A DNA stretch of 64,000 nucleotides, taken from NCBI GenBank assembly GCA_964016885.1, contig OZ024741.1, forward strand, positions 235,228,001-235,292,000, given 5' to 3'. How positions within the stretch are numbered: the first letter of the stretch is position 1; every line of letters starts with the position of its first letter. The notes under the pieces were generated by a model, which was not told the DNA's origin, ran no database searches, and was given only the letters and a program-made list of their open reading frames with translations. A program made the position numbers and the translations under genes. This stretch comes from Eledone cirrhosa (lineage: Eukaryota). Positions 24,489 through 38,382 of this stretch are shown piece after piece.

Positions 24489-26186
24489 ATCAGAGGCTGC
24501 TGCTGCTGCTGCCAAACTCAGAGTTGAAGTCAATGAAGGTGGCAATGGCGAGACACAAACATGTGACGATGGGAACTGCTTGATATGAAGATGTTGGTGG
24601 GGAGGTGGGTCTGGATGGAGACAATTTCCTTATAAGAGCATTAACATTGAATATTTGGGTTGATGATAAAACACTGGAATACCTTGATTATATGACAATA
24701 CTGCTTTGAGGTGTTGGTGTTATTGTTGTTGTTGTTGTGATGGTTGTTGGGGATAATTAACTGCTAATAGAATGCTGTAATTATCTGAAAATAGATATCA
24801 AAAATAAAATAAAATAATACAAAATAATATTTAGAAAAATATTTAATAAAAAAAAATACATATGGTGTGAACATATATGGCGAAAAAAAATGTATTCATC
24901 TTTGCTTGTGTATTAGGCTATAGATAGAAAGACTAATAGATAGATAAACTAATTGTTAGATACATAGATGAATAGAAAGATAAATAGATATTAGAATATA
25001 GGTTTAAAATACTGTAGTAGTTTCAGCTTCATCGCTTCATCTGGCTTATATTATATATATATAATATGTCCTTGAGCTAGACACTTTATTTCACGTTGCT
25101 CCTTCTACCTGGAGTTGTGACCGATAGATAGTACTAGCAACTGGAAAGACCGACGAAAACATTGTTTAGTTGGTCCGATTTAACGAAAGTCGATTGAAAT
25201 ATATATATATAGAAAGAGAGAGAGAGTATCTCTTTCATGTTTTTCTCTCTCTCACTTTCTATCTTTCTCTGGAAGAAATCTGCTGTACTCAGTCCTGGAG
25301 AAGAATGGGCTCCGCCAGACTTAGAATGCCCAAGAACTGCCGTATGTCAATACAACACCCCTACAATTCTATCAGGAGTTATGGGACCATACATATATAC
25401 ATACATATATATATATATAAATATTTAGAGAGAGCGAGAGAGAGAGAGAGGGATATGTTTGTATGTTGTGATAGGAAAGGCATTCAACCATAAAAGCTAC
25501 AACAGAAAAGAAATGACATTCACAATAACAAAGATATTTTTCTCCTATTTGTGTGAGAGGACAAAGGATTGCAGGTGAAAGATGAAACCTATCGAACCCA
25601 GGAATGGAGAAATCCACAGAAAATGAGGCATGAATGATGATACACAAACATACACACACAGAGGCATGACAGTGTACTTAAGGAGTTTGTTTCACAAACA
25701 AGTGGTTTCCGGTTCACTATCACAATGTGTGGGTGTATCATCATCATCATCATCATCCTTATCACCGTTTAACGTCCATTTCTCTGCGCTGGCATAGGTT
25801 AGACAAGTTATCCTGTTGTGAACAATGCTAGGTCAGGTGACTATGTCTTGCTCATACAGAACTCATTTTGGCTTGGTTTCTACAGCTGGATACCCTTCTT
25901 AATGCCAACCTCATTTACAGTGAGTACTGGATGCTTTTTGTCGTGTCGCCATCACCACCATGTTTTGCTGAAAAATTTCATTTAGGCCAGGTTTCTACAT
26001 CTAGATGCTCTTCCAAGTAATTACACACACACATATATAATAATTACTTGGAAAAGCATCCAGGTATAGAAACCTGACCCAAATGAACGATTGATCTGAG
26101 ATTGCATGCTTAAACTAAGACAATTACTGCATGGAAGAAGAATTTAAAAACACACAAAAACTCATAACTTTACTTTATTTCTTCAT

Positions 26187-26227
26187 GTCAAAGTTTTTGT
26201 CACACTATCTGTGACCTGATCATTGAC
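26187..26227 (-). ncRNA. Degenerate hammerhead motif related to the 43.1-kb family
   Basis: Minus: GTCA-aTGATcA-G GTCACA gatag TGTGAC-aAAAACTT-TGAC...aataaa; stems retained, core mutated. Confidence 0.55.
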
Positions 26228-28750
26228 TCAGCTTCACTATAATTGATTTGAAATTTAGTAACTGACCGGTTTTTATTAGCTTCAGTGGTATTTTTCTGAT
26301 ATATATATCATCATCATCACCACCACCACCACCATTTAACGTCAATTTTTCCATGCTAGCATGGGTTAGACAAGTTGTCCTGTTGTGAGGAATGCCAGGT
26401 CAGGTGATTATGCCTTGCTCATACAGAACTGCTTTGGGCTTGGTTTCTACAGCTGGATGCCCTTCCTAACGCCAACCACATTCACAGTGTGTGCTGGGTG
26501 CTTTTTGTCATGACACTTACATGACCACTTTACAGTGTAAGCTAGGTGCTTTTAATTGTGACACATACACAACCACTTTACAGTGAGGTCTGGGTGCTTT
26601 TTGTCATGTCGCCACCACGACCATATGCTGTCAAAGACAATGATGGGCAGAAATGACTCAGAGGACAGAGACCAGTGGCCAGTGGTCGACAGAGAGACAA
26701 TCCATGAGGTGGGTGACAGGCAGATGAAATGGAGAAAAGATTAAACAGTGAGGACAAGAGAAGTGCATCGGTGCATAGATGTGACTGGAAGAAGGAAATA
26801 AAGAAAGGCGATGTTTAAGACAAGTTCACACACAGACATCCCAGTGATATTGAAAAACAACATCATCATCATGGTTTTTCATGCTAGCATGGGTTAGATG
26901 GGTTGTCCCATTTGAGGTAAGTCGAGTCAGATGAATGTATCTTGCTCATACAGAACTGTTTCTGGCTTGGTTTCTATGGATGGATGCCATTCCTAACACC
27001 AACCACATTTACAGTGTGTGCTGGGTGCTGTTTGTTGTGACTCCTACACGACCACTTTACAGTGTGGGCTGGATATGTTTTCTTCACAGTGTAAGGGTAT
27101 ATATACATATATATATATATACACACACACACATATATATTTATATTTACATATATATACACACACACAATATATATATACATATATATCATCATCATCA
27201 TCATCATCATTTCATTTTACGTCTGCTTTTTCCCTGCTTGCAAGGGTAGGACGGGAACTGATTCTGGCTTGATTTCTACAGCTGGATGCCCTTCCTAGCA
27301 CCAACCTCATTTACAGTGAGCGCTGGGTGCTTTTTTTCTGTGGCACCTCCACGACCACTTTGCAGTGGAATGATAGGGATCTCAGTCCCTTTCATCTCAT
27401 TTCTACAGCTGAGTAAACTGGAGCATTGTGAAATAAAGTGTCTTGCTCAAGGAAACAACACATCACCCGGTCTGAGAATTGAACTCACAACCTTTCGATT
27501 GCAAGGCCAATGCTCTAACCACTAAGCCATGTGCCTCCATATATGCATTTATATACATATACATACATATATATATACATATACATACATATATACACAT
27601 ATATATGTATACATATATACATGCATATACACATACATACATATATACACATATATATTTATATATACATATATATACATATACATACATATATATGTAT
27701 ACATATATATATATACACAAACATACATAAATATATATATGTATACATATATAATACACACACACACACACATATACACGTATACGCTATTGGATGTTTC
27801 TGAAGCCACAGGTTTTTTTTTCAGAGTTTCCCTCTCTTAGAAAGGTGTTATGACAACAACTGGGGGCCTTTCACTCCCAGGTTAAAAAAAAAAAAGGAAA
27901 AGAAAAGTACTATTTGGATGGCCGTTGACTCTGCCGAGTTCCTCCGCCCTTTACCAGGTCTTGTATTTCATCCAGTAGGATGTCCAAATATCACCCTCCT
28001 CACCAAGCAAGCTTGGTGAGGTTGCCAGTTTAGTCACCGACAAGTCAACCATGAGACAGGTTGGGCTGGGTTACATGTTACCAGCAGCAAACAACGGATA
28101 AATATATATATAAAAAAATATGCTATAGAGATAGACGTGTGTGTGTGTATATATATATATATATATCATAGGGGTGTATATAAAAGCATATACAATATGC
28201 TTATGCATAATAGACATAAGAGAATCTCACTATGAATTTTTTTTTTTAATTTGTTAAAACTGTGATCATATCACAGTTATCTCAATAATGGTGAGAATGC
28301 CAGATAGCTATTTCTGAATGTTTATCCATCATCAATGACATTTTTTCACTTGCTACTGAGACAAAATAGACTAAAGCTTTTATGGCTTTTGTGTATGAAA
28401 TATCAGCTGGAGATGCTAATTTGCATATAGTGAAAACTTGACTGGTGAAAGGGAGGTAATTAGAAGTGCACTAACATAGCTTGGTTCATCGCATGAGTGT
28501 ATATGAAAGTATGTGTATGTATAATAATGAGCATCTCATTCATCATCATCATCATCATCAACGTTTAACGTCCGTGTTCCACGCTTGCATGGGTTTGGAC
28601 GGGGGTAGTCCCACTTGAGGCAAGAGTGATTGTCTTGCTCGCATAGGACTGTCTGGCAGGTTTTCTACAGTTGGATGCCCTTCCTAACACCAACCACATT
28701 TACAGTGTGGGTCTGGGAGGTTTTTACCGTGTTGCCTTACATTATGTGTA

Positions 28751-29127
28751 ATAATTGTTTCTACTTTTGGCACAAGACCAGCAATCATCCAGTGCATTAC
28801 TGGTACTTTATTTCATCGACCCCGTAAGGATGAAAGGTAAAGTTAACCTCGACGGGATTTGAACTCAGACCGTAAAGGGACGTAACTATGCTGGAAAGTA
28901 TGGTGTCCGACCTTGTACCGATACTGCCAATCCACCTAATAATTGTTTCTACCTTTGGCACAAGGCCAGCAATTACCCAGTACATTACTGGTACTTTATT
29001 TTATCGACCCCGTAAGGATGAAAGGCAAAGTTAACCTTGGCGGGATTTGAACTCAGAATGGAAAGGGCTATAACTCTATGCGTCAAAGCATGGCGTCCGA
29101 CCCTCAACCGATACTGCCAATCCACCG
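28751..29127 (-). mobile_element. Two tandem SINE family 1 copies
   Basis: 28751-28935 and 28939-29127, each matching the 42241 copy in reverse. Confidence 0.9.
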
Positions 29128-29199
29128 CCTTTCTCCTAATAATGATCATCTCCTGCCAATGTTTCATATACAAAACTGACATAGGCTTTAGCCTATTTT

Positions 29200-31330
29200 G
29201 TCACTGATGACAGATAAAAAGGGTGCACTTGCCCTCACTGAAACCAAAAAGAAGGCAGCACGGAAGTGTCATTATGAGAGACTGATGAATGAGGAAAATA
29301 CGTTGGAGGAAGATAGCCTGTACCAGGTTGACCCTACAGAGGGACAGGCGGAACAAGTCAGCAGCTGTGTAGTAAGGCAATTAAAGACATGAAAATGGGC
29401 AAAGCAGCAGGGGCCATCAGGAATAGTTGCTGAGATGCTGAAAGCATCAGGGATGGTAGGACACACCATAACTAATTATATTGTTAACCAATTAATACAA
29501 AATAGTGCTATACCCAGTGACTGATGTTGCAGCAACAGCATCAACTGGTACAAAGGCAAAGGTGATGCACCAGACAGAGGGAACTACCTTGGCATCAAAC
29601 TGATGGACCATGTCATAAAAGTTACAGAAAGTGTCACCATACAACTGATTAGGGATCAAAATAACCTAGATATAATGCAGTTCAAATTTGTGCTAGGAAA
29701 AGTACCACGGATGCCCTCTTCCTTGTGAGGCAACTGCAGGAGAAGTATCTAAAATCAAACCCCTCTACTTAGCATTTGTTGAACTGGAGAAAGCTTTTGA
29801 CAGCATCCCTCGTTCTGTAATTTGGTGGGCACTTAGAAAGGAGTACAAGAGTGGCTTGCGAGGGTGGTACAAGTCATGTACAGAGGTGGTGTCAGCAAGG
29901 TTAAAATTAATAATTGTTTCTACTTTAGGCACAAGGCCAGCAACTACCCAGTGCCTCACTGGCACTTTATTTTATCGACCCCGTAAGGATGAAAGGCAAA
30001 GTCAACCTCGGCGGGATTTGAACTCAGATCGTAAAGGGACGTAACTATGCTAGAAAGCATGGCGTCCGACCCTCTACCGATACTGCCAATCCAATTAATA
30101 ATGATTGCAGCAAGGAGTTTAACATGCACATTGTGGTCCACCAAGGTTCCGTCCTTAGCCCTATCCTGTTTATTATCATCCTCCAAGCTATAACAGAAGA
30201 GTTTAAAACAAGATGCTCTTGGGAACTCCTGTATGCTGATCTAACTCTCATAGCTGAATCTATGACAGAACTAGAGAAAAAATTCCTGACCTAGAAGCAC
30301 AACCTGGAATCAAAAGATCTAAAAGTTAACCTGGCAAAGACTAAAATCCTAGTATGTAGAAAGGATAACAAGGCCCAGACTCACTCAAGGAAATGGCCCT
30401 GCTTAGTGTGTAGGAAAAGGGTGAGTAGAAATGCCATCCTCTGTCTCAAATGCAACAAAAGTAGTAGGTTTTACAAGTGGCTATTGCACAGGAACGGTAA
30501 GTAACAAAAGCTCACAGGAAACTGGTGCTATCAAATTCTTGAAAGGTTCCGTAGAAGCAGTTGACAGCTTGTTACCTGGGTAACCAAATTAGCAGTGGAG
30601 GTGGTGAGACATGTGATGTGTATGAAGGATGGCAGCTATATAAAAAGGTGCAGGGCGCTCAAAGGTGATGGAAGCTATGGAGTAGGAAGACCTAGGAAGA
30701 TTTGGGATGAGGTAATAAAAGCTGACCTTACACAATTGCACCTCTCAAAGGCAATGACACCAGATCAAGATATCAGGCATTATGCAGTAATGCACAGGCT
30801 GCAGCATACATTTAATATACACCACTTTCCCTTACCTTCCCCTCCTCCTTCCATACACCTCCCACATTCTAACACTCCACCCCTATCCTTCACCAGATAA
30901 GGTCCCCACCCGAGATCTACCTCTCCAATACCCATGCACCACCTCTACCCCAACTCCCAGTCAACACTGTAAAGTGGTTGTTTTGGTGCAACAATAAAAA
31001 GTGCCTAGTGCACACTGTAAAGTGGTCGTATAGGAGTCACAATAAAAAGCGCCCAGTCCAAATTGTAAAGTGGTCATGTAGGTTTCACAATAAAAAGTAC
31101 CCCGTCCACTCTGTAAATGTGGTTGGTGTTAGGAAGGGCATCCAGCCATAGAAAACCTGCCAGATAATCCTATACGAGCGAGACATGGTCACCCATGGCA
31201 TCCAGTGGTAGAAACCAAGCCAAAATCAGTTCTGTATGAACAAGACATGGTCATCTGATCTGGCTTGTCTCACAACAAACAACTTGCTGGTGTGGAAAAA
31301 TGGATGTTAAATGATGATAATGATAATGGT
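29200..31330 (+). mobile_element. Decayed RTE-clade LINE with SINE family 1 inserted at about 29909-30093
   Basis: [47 protein letters not shown] motifs; (GAT)n tail. Confidence 0.88.
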
Positions 31331-32099
31331 GATGATATATATATGAGAAGATGCTAGCCAAGAATAAGTCGCCATACTTAGTTTTTGTTGGTCTAGAAAA
31401 GGCTTCAGTACCTCAATCTAATATCAGACGGTCCTTAAGAAAATTAGGTGTAGAAGAATAGCTTGTGAAAGCAGTGTAATCCATGTACAGAGGAGTTGTC
31501 AGTAAAGTGAGAGTAGCAAGTGAGTTTAGTGAAGAATTCAAGGTACAGGGTTCAGTTCTAAGCCCACTGCTATTCATCTTTGTTCTCCAGGCTATAACTG
31601 AGGAGTTTAAGACTGGAGTTCATGGGAACCTCTCTATGTGAATGATCTGGTGCTTATAGCTGAATCCATAAAAGAACAAGAGAATAAGTTCTGACTATCA
31701 TCATCATCGATTAACTTTTATCTTCCATGCTAGAATGGTTTAGAAGGGTTTGTCCCATTTAGAGGCAAATTGGGTCGGGTGACTGTGTCTCACTAATATA
31801 GGAGAGTTTCTGGCTGGTTTTCTATGGCTGGATGCCCTTCATAACGCTAACCACATTTACTGTATGTGATAGGTGCTTTTTACCGTGTCTTTTACACGTC
31901 CACTTTACAGTGTGGGCTGGGTGCTTTTTGTCGTGACACCTACATGATCACTTTACAGTGTGGGCTGGATATTTTGTGGTACCAGTATAATATATATATA
32001 TATATACCATATATGTAATATATATATACCATATATGTAATATACATACACATATCATACATATACATACACACTTCATATATATACACACATAAATAT

Positions 32100-34880
32100 A
32101 TCATCAACCTCATTGATTAGTGTCCATCATCCATAGGTAGGACGGATTGACCCTTGTTTAGCTAACCTGGGACAGATTTTGGCTTAGTTTCTACAGCTGG
32201 CTGCGCTTCCTACCACCAACCACATTTACAGTGTGTGCTGGGTGCTTTTTGTGGTGTCACCTACACGACCACATTACAGTGTGGACTGGGCACTTTCTGT
32301 CGTGACACCTACACAACCACTTTACAGTGTGGACTGAGCACTTTTTTTCGTGACACCTACACAACCACTTTACAGTGTGGACTGGGCACCTCTGTCATGT
32401 TATCGACACAACCACTTTACAGTGGGGCCTGAGCACTTTTGTCTTGGAAGTGGGGAGGAAGCTTGGGGGAAAAAAGTGGACAGGGTAGTCAGGGAGGTAT
32501 GGTTACCGCTAAGGGAAATGAATGAGAGGGGATAGAAAGTTGACGAAGGTGTTGCCTACTAGGTGTAAGCCTCATCCTGAGAATAATAGAGGGTGGGTCT
32601 TCTGTAAAACTGCTTAGTGCCAGAGGTCGTGGTCCTGTGTCATTGCCTTTGTGAGGTGTAATTGTGCAAGGTCAGCTTTTATTACCTCATCCCATGTTTT
32701 CCTATGAATGCCCACACCATGGCTACCATCGACTTTGAGTGCTCTGCACCTTATTATACAGCTGTCATCATTCATACGCATCACATGCCCATACCAATGA
32801 AATCTCCTCTCCTGCATGCAACAATTGATCCCTCTTATGCCTAATTTCTCAAGCAGTATATTTTTATACTTTACTGATCACGTATATTGCTATTGCACAT
32901 CCAGCGAAGCATGATATTTTCTTTCCTATCTTTGCAGGTCCTCAGCACACAGTGCCCAAGTCTTGCAGCTGTGCAACATTGTTGTTCATATACATGCATC
33001 ATACAGTCTGCCTTTCATTTTGAGAGAAAAACCTTTTGTAGTTAATAACGGTAGTAGCTCCCTGAACTTTCTCCAACCCGATCTCACTCTGGTTACTGTG
33101 CTTTCAGAACATCCTCCCCACTCCTGATTTGGTCACCCAGGTAATGAAAACTATCTACCACTTCAACCGAGCCCTCTGAGCATTTGAAGGTGATTGTATC
33201 CTGAGGGTTCTTGCTACTTACTGCCCCTGTGCACCTGCCACAAGTAAAACCTACATTCTTTGTTAGTTTGCCTGAAATCCCTCTACATCTCTTGTGTACC
33301 CATTGCTTGCATTTGGTACATATTTTGGAATATATACCTACTCCTTTTCTGCACACTGAGCAGGGCCATTTCCCAGAAGAGACCTGGACCTTGTTATCCC
33401 TTCTACTTACTAGGACTTTTATCTTTACCAGGTTGACTTTAAGAACTTTAGATTCTAGGCCTTGCTTCCAGGTTTGGAATTTCATCTTTAGTTAAGCTAT
33501 CGATTCAGCTATAAGGGTTAGTTATAAGCATACAGAAATTCCCATGGGCAGCCGGTCTTAAACTCCTCCGTTATTGCCAGCAGAACGATAATAAACAGAA
33601 GAGGGCTAAGAACAGAGCCCTGATGGACACCAACCTGCATGCTAAATTCTTCACTATTGTCATTGTTAATTCTAACCTTACTGACTGTTCTTCTATACAT
33701 TGCTTGAATTGCCCTCACAAGCCATTCATCAACTCCTGGTTTCCTAAGAGCCCCCCCACCAGATAATGGAATGGGAGACTCAGTCAAAAGTTTTCTCAAG
33801 GTTGACAAAAGCCAGGTAGTGGGCTTACTCTCCTGCTGTTGTCTCACAGGGAAGAGGGCATCTGTGGTACTCTTACCTGGGACAAATCCAAACTGCATCT
33901 CATCTATTTTAACACATTCTCTAATCAGCTGAGCTAAGACTCTTTCAGTGACCTTCATAACCTGGTCAACCAGCTTGATGCCTCTATAGTTTTCTCTATC
34001 TAGGGCATCTCCTTTGCTCTTGTAGCAGTTTACGATGCTGCTGCTACACCAGCCATTGGGTATGACACCATTTTGTATGGCTTGGTTTACAATGCAGGAG
34101 ACTATGGTGTGGCCCACCATACCTGAAGTTTTCAGCATCTCAGTAACTATCCCTGAGGGGCCAGCTGCCCTGCCTGACTTCATATTCTTGATTGCCTTAC
34201 TTACTATACTACTGCTAACTTGTACAACCGGTCCCTCTGTTGGGTCGATTGTGACAGACTGTCTTTATCCCATGCATTCTCCTCATTCAGTAATCTTTCA
34301 TAGTGGCACTTCCATGCTACTTTCTTTTCAGCGTCAGTGAGGGCAAGTTTGCCAAAATCATTTCTGACACTCTTCTCTCACCGACATCACAATTTCCCGA
34401 CACACTGTCTAGCAATCCTGAACACTTCCTGCTGTAAAACATGCTTACATTTTTTTTTTTCTGCTACTCTTCTAGTGAGGTAAACCTTGTCACCTAGCTT
34501 CTCTCCTAGCCTTCTGGTAAACTTCCCTGCTACCCTCATTATGCCAATCTTTCCAAGCTTGTCTTTTGGCCCTAATTGTCTCATCTATTTTACTATTCCA
34601 CCACCAAGTCACTCTTTGTCTCCCTAGAGACCTACTCCAACCACAAATTTCATCTCGTAGGTTATCTTTCAGGAACTCCCACTGCTCCTCTATATCATAT
34701 GTCTCTATTTGCTCTTCCTTGCTGTCGAAGGCGTCGGTCAACATACTTCTAAATTTGTCAGTTTGATGGGTCTTTTAACTTCCATACTCGTCTCCTCCAA
34801 GCTGGCTTCTGTTGTTAACTTCATCTAGCCCTGACTATAAGGTCGCTAACTACTAAGTTATGTTGGGAGGTACATTCTTC
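32100..34880 (-). mobile_element. RTE-clade LINE, longest fragment (RT plus PHD-type finger plus 3' UTR subrepeats)
   Basis: ORFs 33518-34183, 33093-33485, 32614-32817 and 34490-34744. Confidence 0.9.
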
Positions 34881-35780
34881 ACTGGAAACTATAGAAAAAG
34901 AATTTGGAATCAAAAGGTCTCAGAGTAAACTTAGCCAAAACTAAAGTGCTCGTAAGTAAGGAAGAAGATAGGACCTTGATTCCCTCAGAGATGTGGCCCT
35001 GCTCAGTATGTAGAGGAGTAGGCATAAATTCTATACAATGTACACAATGCAAATATTGGGTACACAAAAGATGTGGGCTATCAAGTAGACTAACAGGAAG
35101 GGAAGACTTTGTATGTAGAAGATGCACAGGAGTAATTGACGGGAAGAGTGTCTGTGATATAAGCCTTTTCCAATCACAAAAAGGCTCCATTGAAGTGGTC
35201 AATAGTTTGTGCTACCTAGGTGACTTAATTAGCAGCGGAGGAGGGTGCTCTAGGAGTGTAATAACTAGAATGAGGATAGGATGGAAAAAGTTAGGAGAGT
35301 TATGTTCACTGTTAACATCAAATGGTTTCTCCTTACGTACAAAATGACGACTGTATGAGGCCTGTACGTGAAGTGCGATGCTTCATTATAGTGAAACATG
35401 GGCAATGATTGCAGAGGACATGCATAGACTGGAGAGAAATGAAGCAACCATGCTTCATTGGATGTGCAATGTAAATGTGAGAGAATAGCAGAGCTCGGAT
35501 GAGGGAGATACTGGGTTTAAGAGGAATCCGAAGTGTTGTGCAAGAGAGATCACTGTGTTGGTATGGACATGTGTTGCACATGAAGTGCCAGAAAATCCCA
35601 GTAGAGAGAAGCTGCAGTAGAGGTAGACTAAGGAAGACCTGGGCAGAGGTGGTATGAGCTGATCTGAAATCGTTAAGGCTCACAGAGGAAGTGATGAAGG
35701 AACGTGGTGAATGGAGAGATGCCATGATGAAAGGACCCATACAAGCATGGAAAAATGGATGTAAAACAATGATGATGATA
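34880..35780 (+). mobile_element. RTE-clade LINE 3' fragment, related subfamily
   Basis: ORF 34904-35347 ESKGLRVNLAKTK...WPCSVC...CTQCKYWVHKRC...CRRC...YLG. Confidence 0.88.
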
Positions 35781-35855
35781 AATACACATGTGTATATATA
35801 TATATCGTTTGTTGTAAGGTTTTCCGTTTACTTTTCATACACAGACACTCATATT

Positions 35856-35899
<44 letters not shown>

Positions 35900-36171
35900 C
35901 ACACATACACAAATATGAGTGTCTGTGTGTATGAAAAGTAAACGGAAAACCTTACAACAAACGATACACGTATGAATTGAGTTTTAATATTTCGGACGTT
36001 AGTCCTTCACCAGATGATAGAATGAGAAATAAAAGAAGAAATAGAAAGATAGACGAAAGTAAGAAGAGGAAGAAATGGAGAAAACATATAAGTATAAAAT
36101 AAAGTACCAATAATGCACTGGGATAATTGCTGGCCTTGTGCCAAAAGAAGAAACAACTATTATAGAAAGAT

Positions 36172-36767
36172 TCCCTTCTCGATTTCAGTAGGAAATAATT
36201 ATTTTTGGTCGGGTTTTTCTTGTGCCATCAACTAAACTCACCTCCGAACATGCTGCAAATGACCCCCCCCCCCCAAAAAAAAAACCGGAGGTGGTAGGAA
36301 GGTGTCGGACTTTCCCCCAAAACTCGGAGTTTTCTTTACCATTATACTTTCGTACTATATTATTTGTTTTCTGGTTAACCGTATCTCAGGACAAATGCCG
36401 GAAGGGTTAGGGTTAGTGTTATCATGTTTGGATGTCAGATTCTTCGTTAATAGATAAAAAAAAACCTGTGAAAAGATTTCCCACTAAACGCGAGAGGGAT
36501 GTATATCTGCGAAACTCCGATATATGGCCCCCTTTCTTTCTACAAAGCTAGTCGTTTCCGACTGGTTTGGAGGTCAGATTCATTGATAACATTACGGAAG
36601 CAAAATGGCAAAGGAAACTCCGAGTCTGGGCGGGAAGTCTGAGGGTTCCTCCCCGGCTTCCCTCTCCGAAATAATTCAATTGAGGCATGTTCGAAAGTCA
36701 GATTAGATGCTAGCACACGAAAAACAACTAAAGAAAAATAATCATTTTCCACAGAAATCAAGAGGGG
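36172..36767. mobile_element. MITE/fold-back with long diverged terminal inverted repeats
   Basis: aaactcggagttttctttaccatt vs aatggcaaaggaaactccgagtct; ccgaacatgc vs gcatgttcga; ggaaataattattttt vs aaaaataatcattttcc. Confidence 0.65.
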
Positions 36768-37674
36768 CGTTTTTCTATAAATTTACCTATATATATGTGT
36801 GTGTGTGTGAATCGTCTTCGCCAACTTATTGCTGGGAGGGTCCTCAAACACGCCTTCCAGCGGGTCCTGTCAGACGCAACCGTCCCCAATTGACACTGTG
36901 CTGCTTTTTCCGTTCAACGGCGAGATCTAATTCAATTTTCAAATCCCGCTCACCTTTTTCTAAACATACGTCTTATATCTAAGCCAGGGATTCCCAATCC
37001 TTTTTTTGTCATCGCGTGGAAAAATTCTTCCACCGCCCACCTGTATAATAAATTTAAAAAAACGTACCAAAAATGTTTGGTAAAAGTTTGTTACGGATTC
37101 GTTATTCCCATCTAGTCTCCTGTTTTTTTTTTGGAGGGGGGGGGGGGGTCTTTTTTGTGTGTGTTTTATATATACAGGTTCTTTGTATATCTCCTTTGAA
37201 TATTTTTTTCGGGTAGCATATGTTGAAATAACTTCTTAATACTCAAAATTCTATATCATTCACCAAAATTTCCTATCACCTACCATTTTCTATTCAGTTG
37301 CTCATCGCCCATGTTAGGAAACCTATCGGAGTCGCTAAACAAATAATGTACAATAGCGTGTATGTTCGGCAATCTCTGTGATGTTAGGAGAGATTGTGAA
37401 TACACACACAAACAGTCCTTGTTTACATCGCCTAGTCCTAAGACGAAGAAACGCGGAGTTGAAAGCCTTTCGTATAGAAACTATGGGTCTTCTACGAACA
37501 AATGTCCCCAGTGGATACTTTCGTACAGACAAGAAAATTAAAACGGACACCAAAAATTGGAAACATATAGGAAAAGAGAGTTAGGAAGGGGGGCAGTGGG
37601 GATATTGACAGATTATTAGAGGGACAGTTAAGACATATAAGGATAGACAAACATATATACAATAACAGTTTACA

Positions 37675-37707
<33 letters not shown>

Positions 37708-38145
37708 GATTTATTTATTTAAATGATAATAATAATACTGTGAAAAATTCTGAAAATAATGCTACAATAACATGCTAGATTGTTTGTATTTATTAATAAC
37801 ATATATATTGTCACTATAATCTAGTGTGGAAACAAGTTGAAAAGGCTGGGTTCACCGTTGGTATTCTACTTCATGTATGTGTGTATATATATATATGTGA
37901 GTGTGTGTGCGTTTCTCGTTTACAAGAATGAAATTACAAATGTTCGGGTGAAATGTTGTGTATGACAGAAATATGGGTGCAAACAATTATCTGTTTGTAC
38001 GGGCTTTTGCGTGTGTGAAGAACTCTGCTTAACCATCCGTCCAACTATGCATCTATCCAACCATTCGTCTCTACAAGTCATCCATCTATACTCCAATCTT
38101 TATCCTTCCATATACTGTACCGATTGTGTTGTTATTTCTGTTTAC

Positions 38146-38189
<44 letters not shown>

Positions 38190-38242
38190 GATGTAGTTGA
38201 CGACCAGGAGAAAAGAGTACTCAATACAGAAGTAGAGTTTAA

Positions 38243-38382
38243 ATATTCATTTTATGAAGGCTAAATAGTAAATCTGGAGTTTCACCTGCTTCTCACGTTC
38301 TTGTCTGATAACCCTGTGGGAAGCAGGCGAAACTCCTTAGTAAGAAAACTCACTCACTATTTAGCCTTAATAAAATGAATAT
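38243..38382. repeat. Short fold-back unit between (TA)n tracts with a degenerate HHR (about 38297-38349, +)
   Basis: atattcattttatgaaggctaaatagt vs actatttagccttaataaaatgaatat; core CTGATAA-cCCTG tgggaag CAGGc-GAA ACT cctt AGT A. Confidence 0.6.

Noticed and set aside
32225-32430. About 42-bp repeats resembling a CRISPR array
   Set aside because: Whole units are similar with no unique spacers; they are RTE 3' UTR subrepeats in eukaryotic DNA with no cas genes.
32590-35780. Back-to-back RTE fragments as one inverted insertion
   Set aside because: Both cover the same ORF2 region and differ in sequence, so they are independent insertions.
36403-36420. gggttagggttag as a telomere remnant
   Set aside because: Only two units, inside a MITE-like element.
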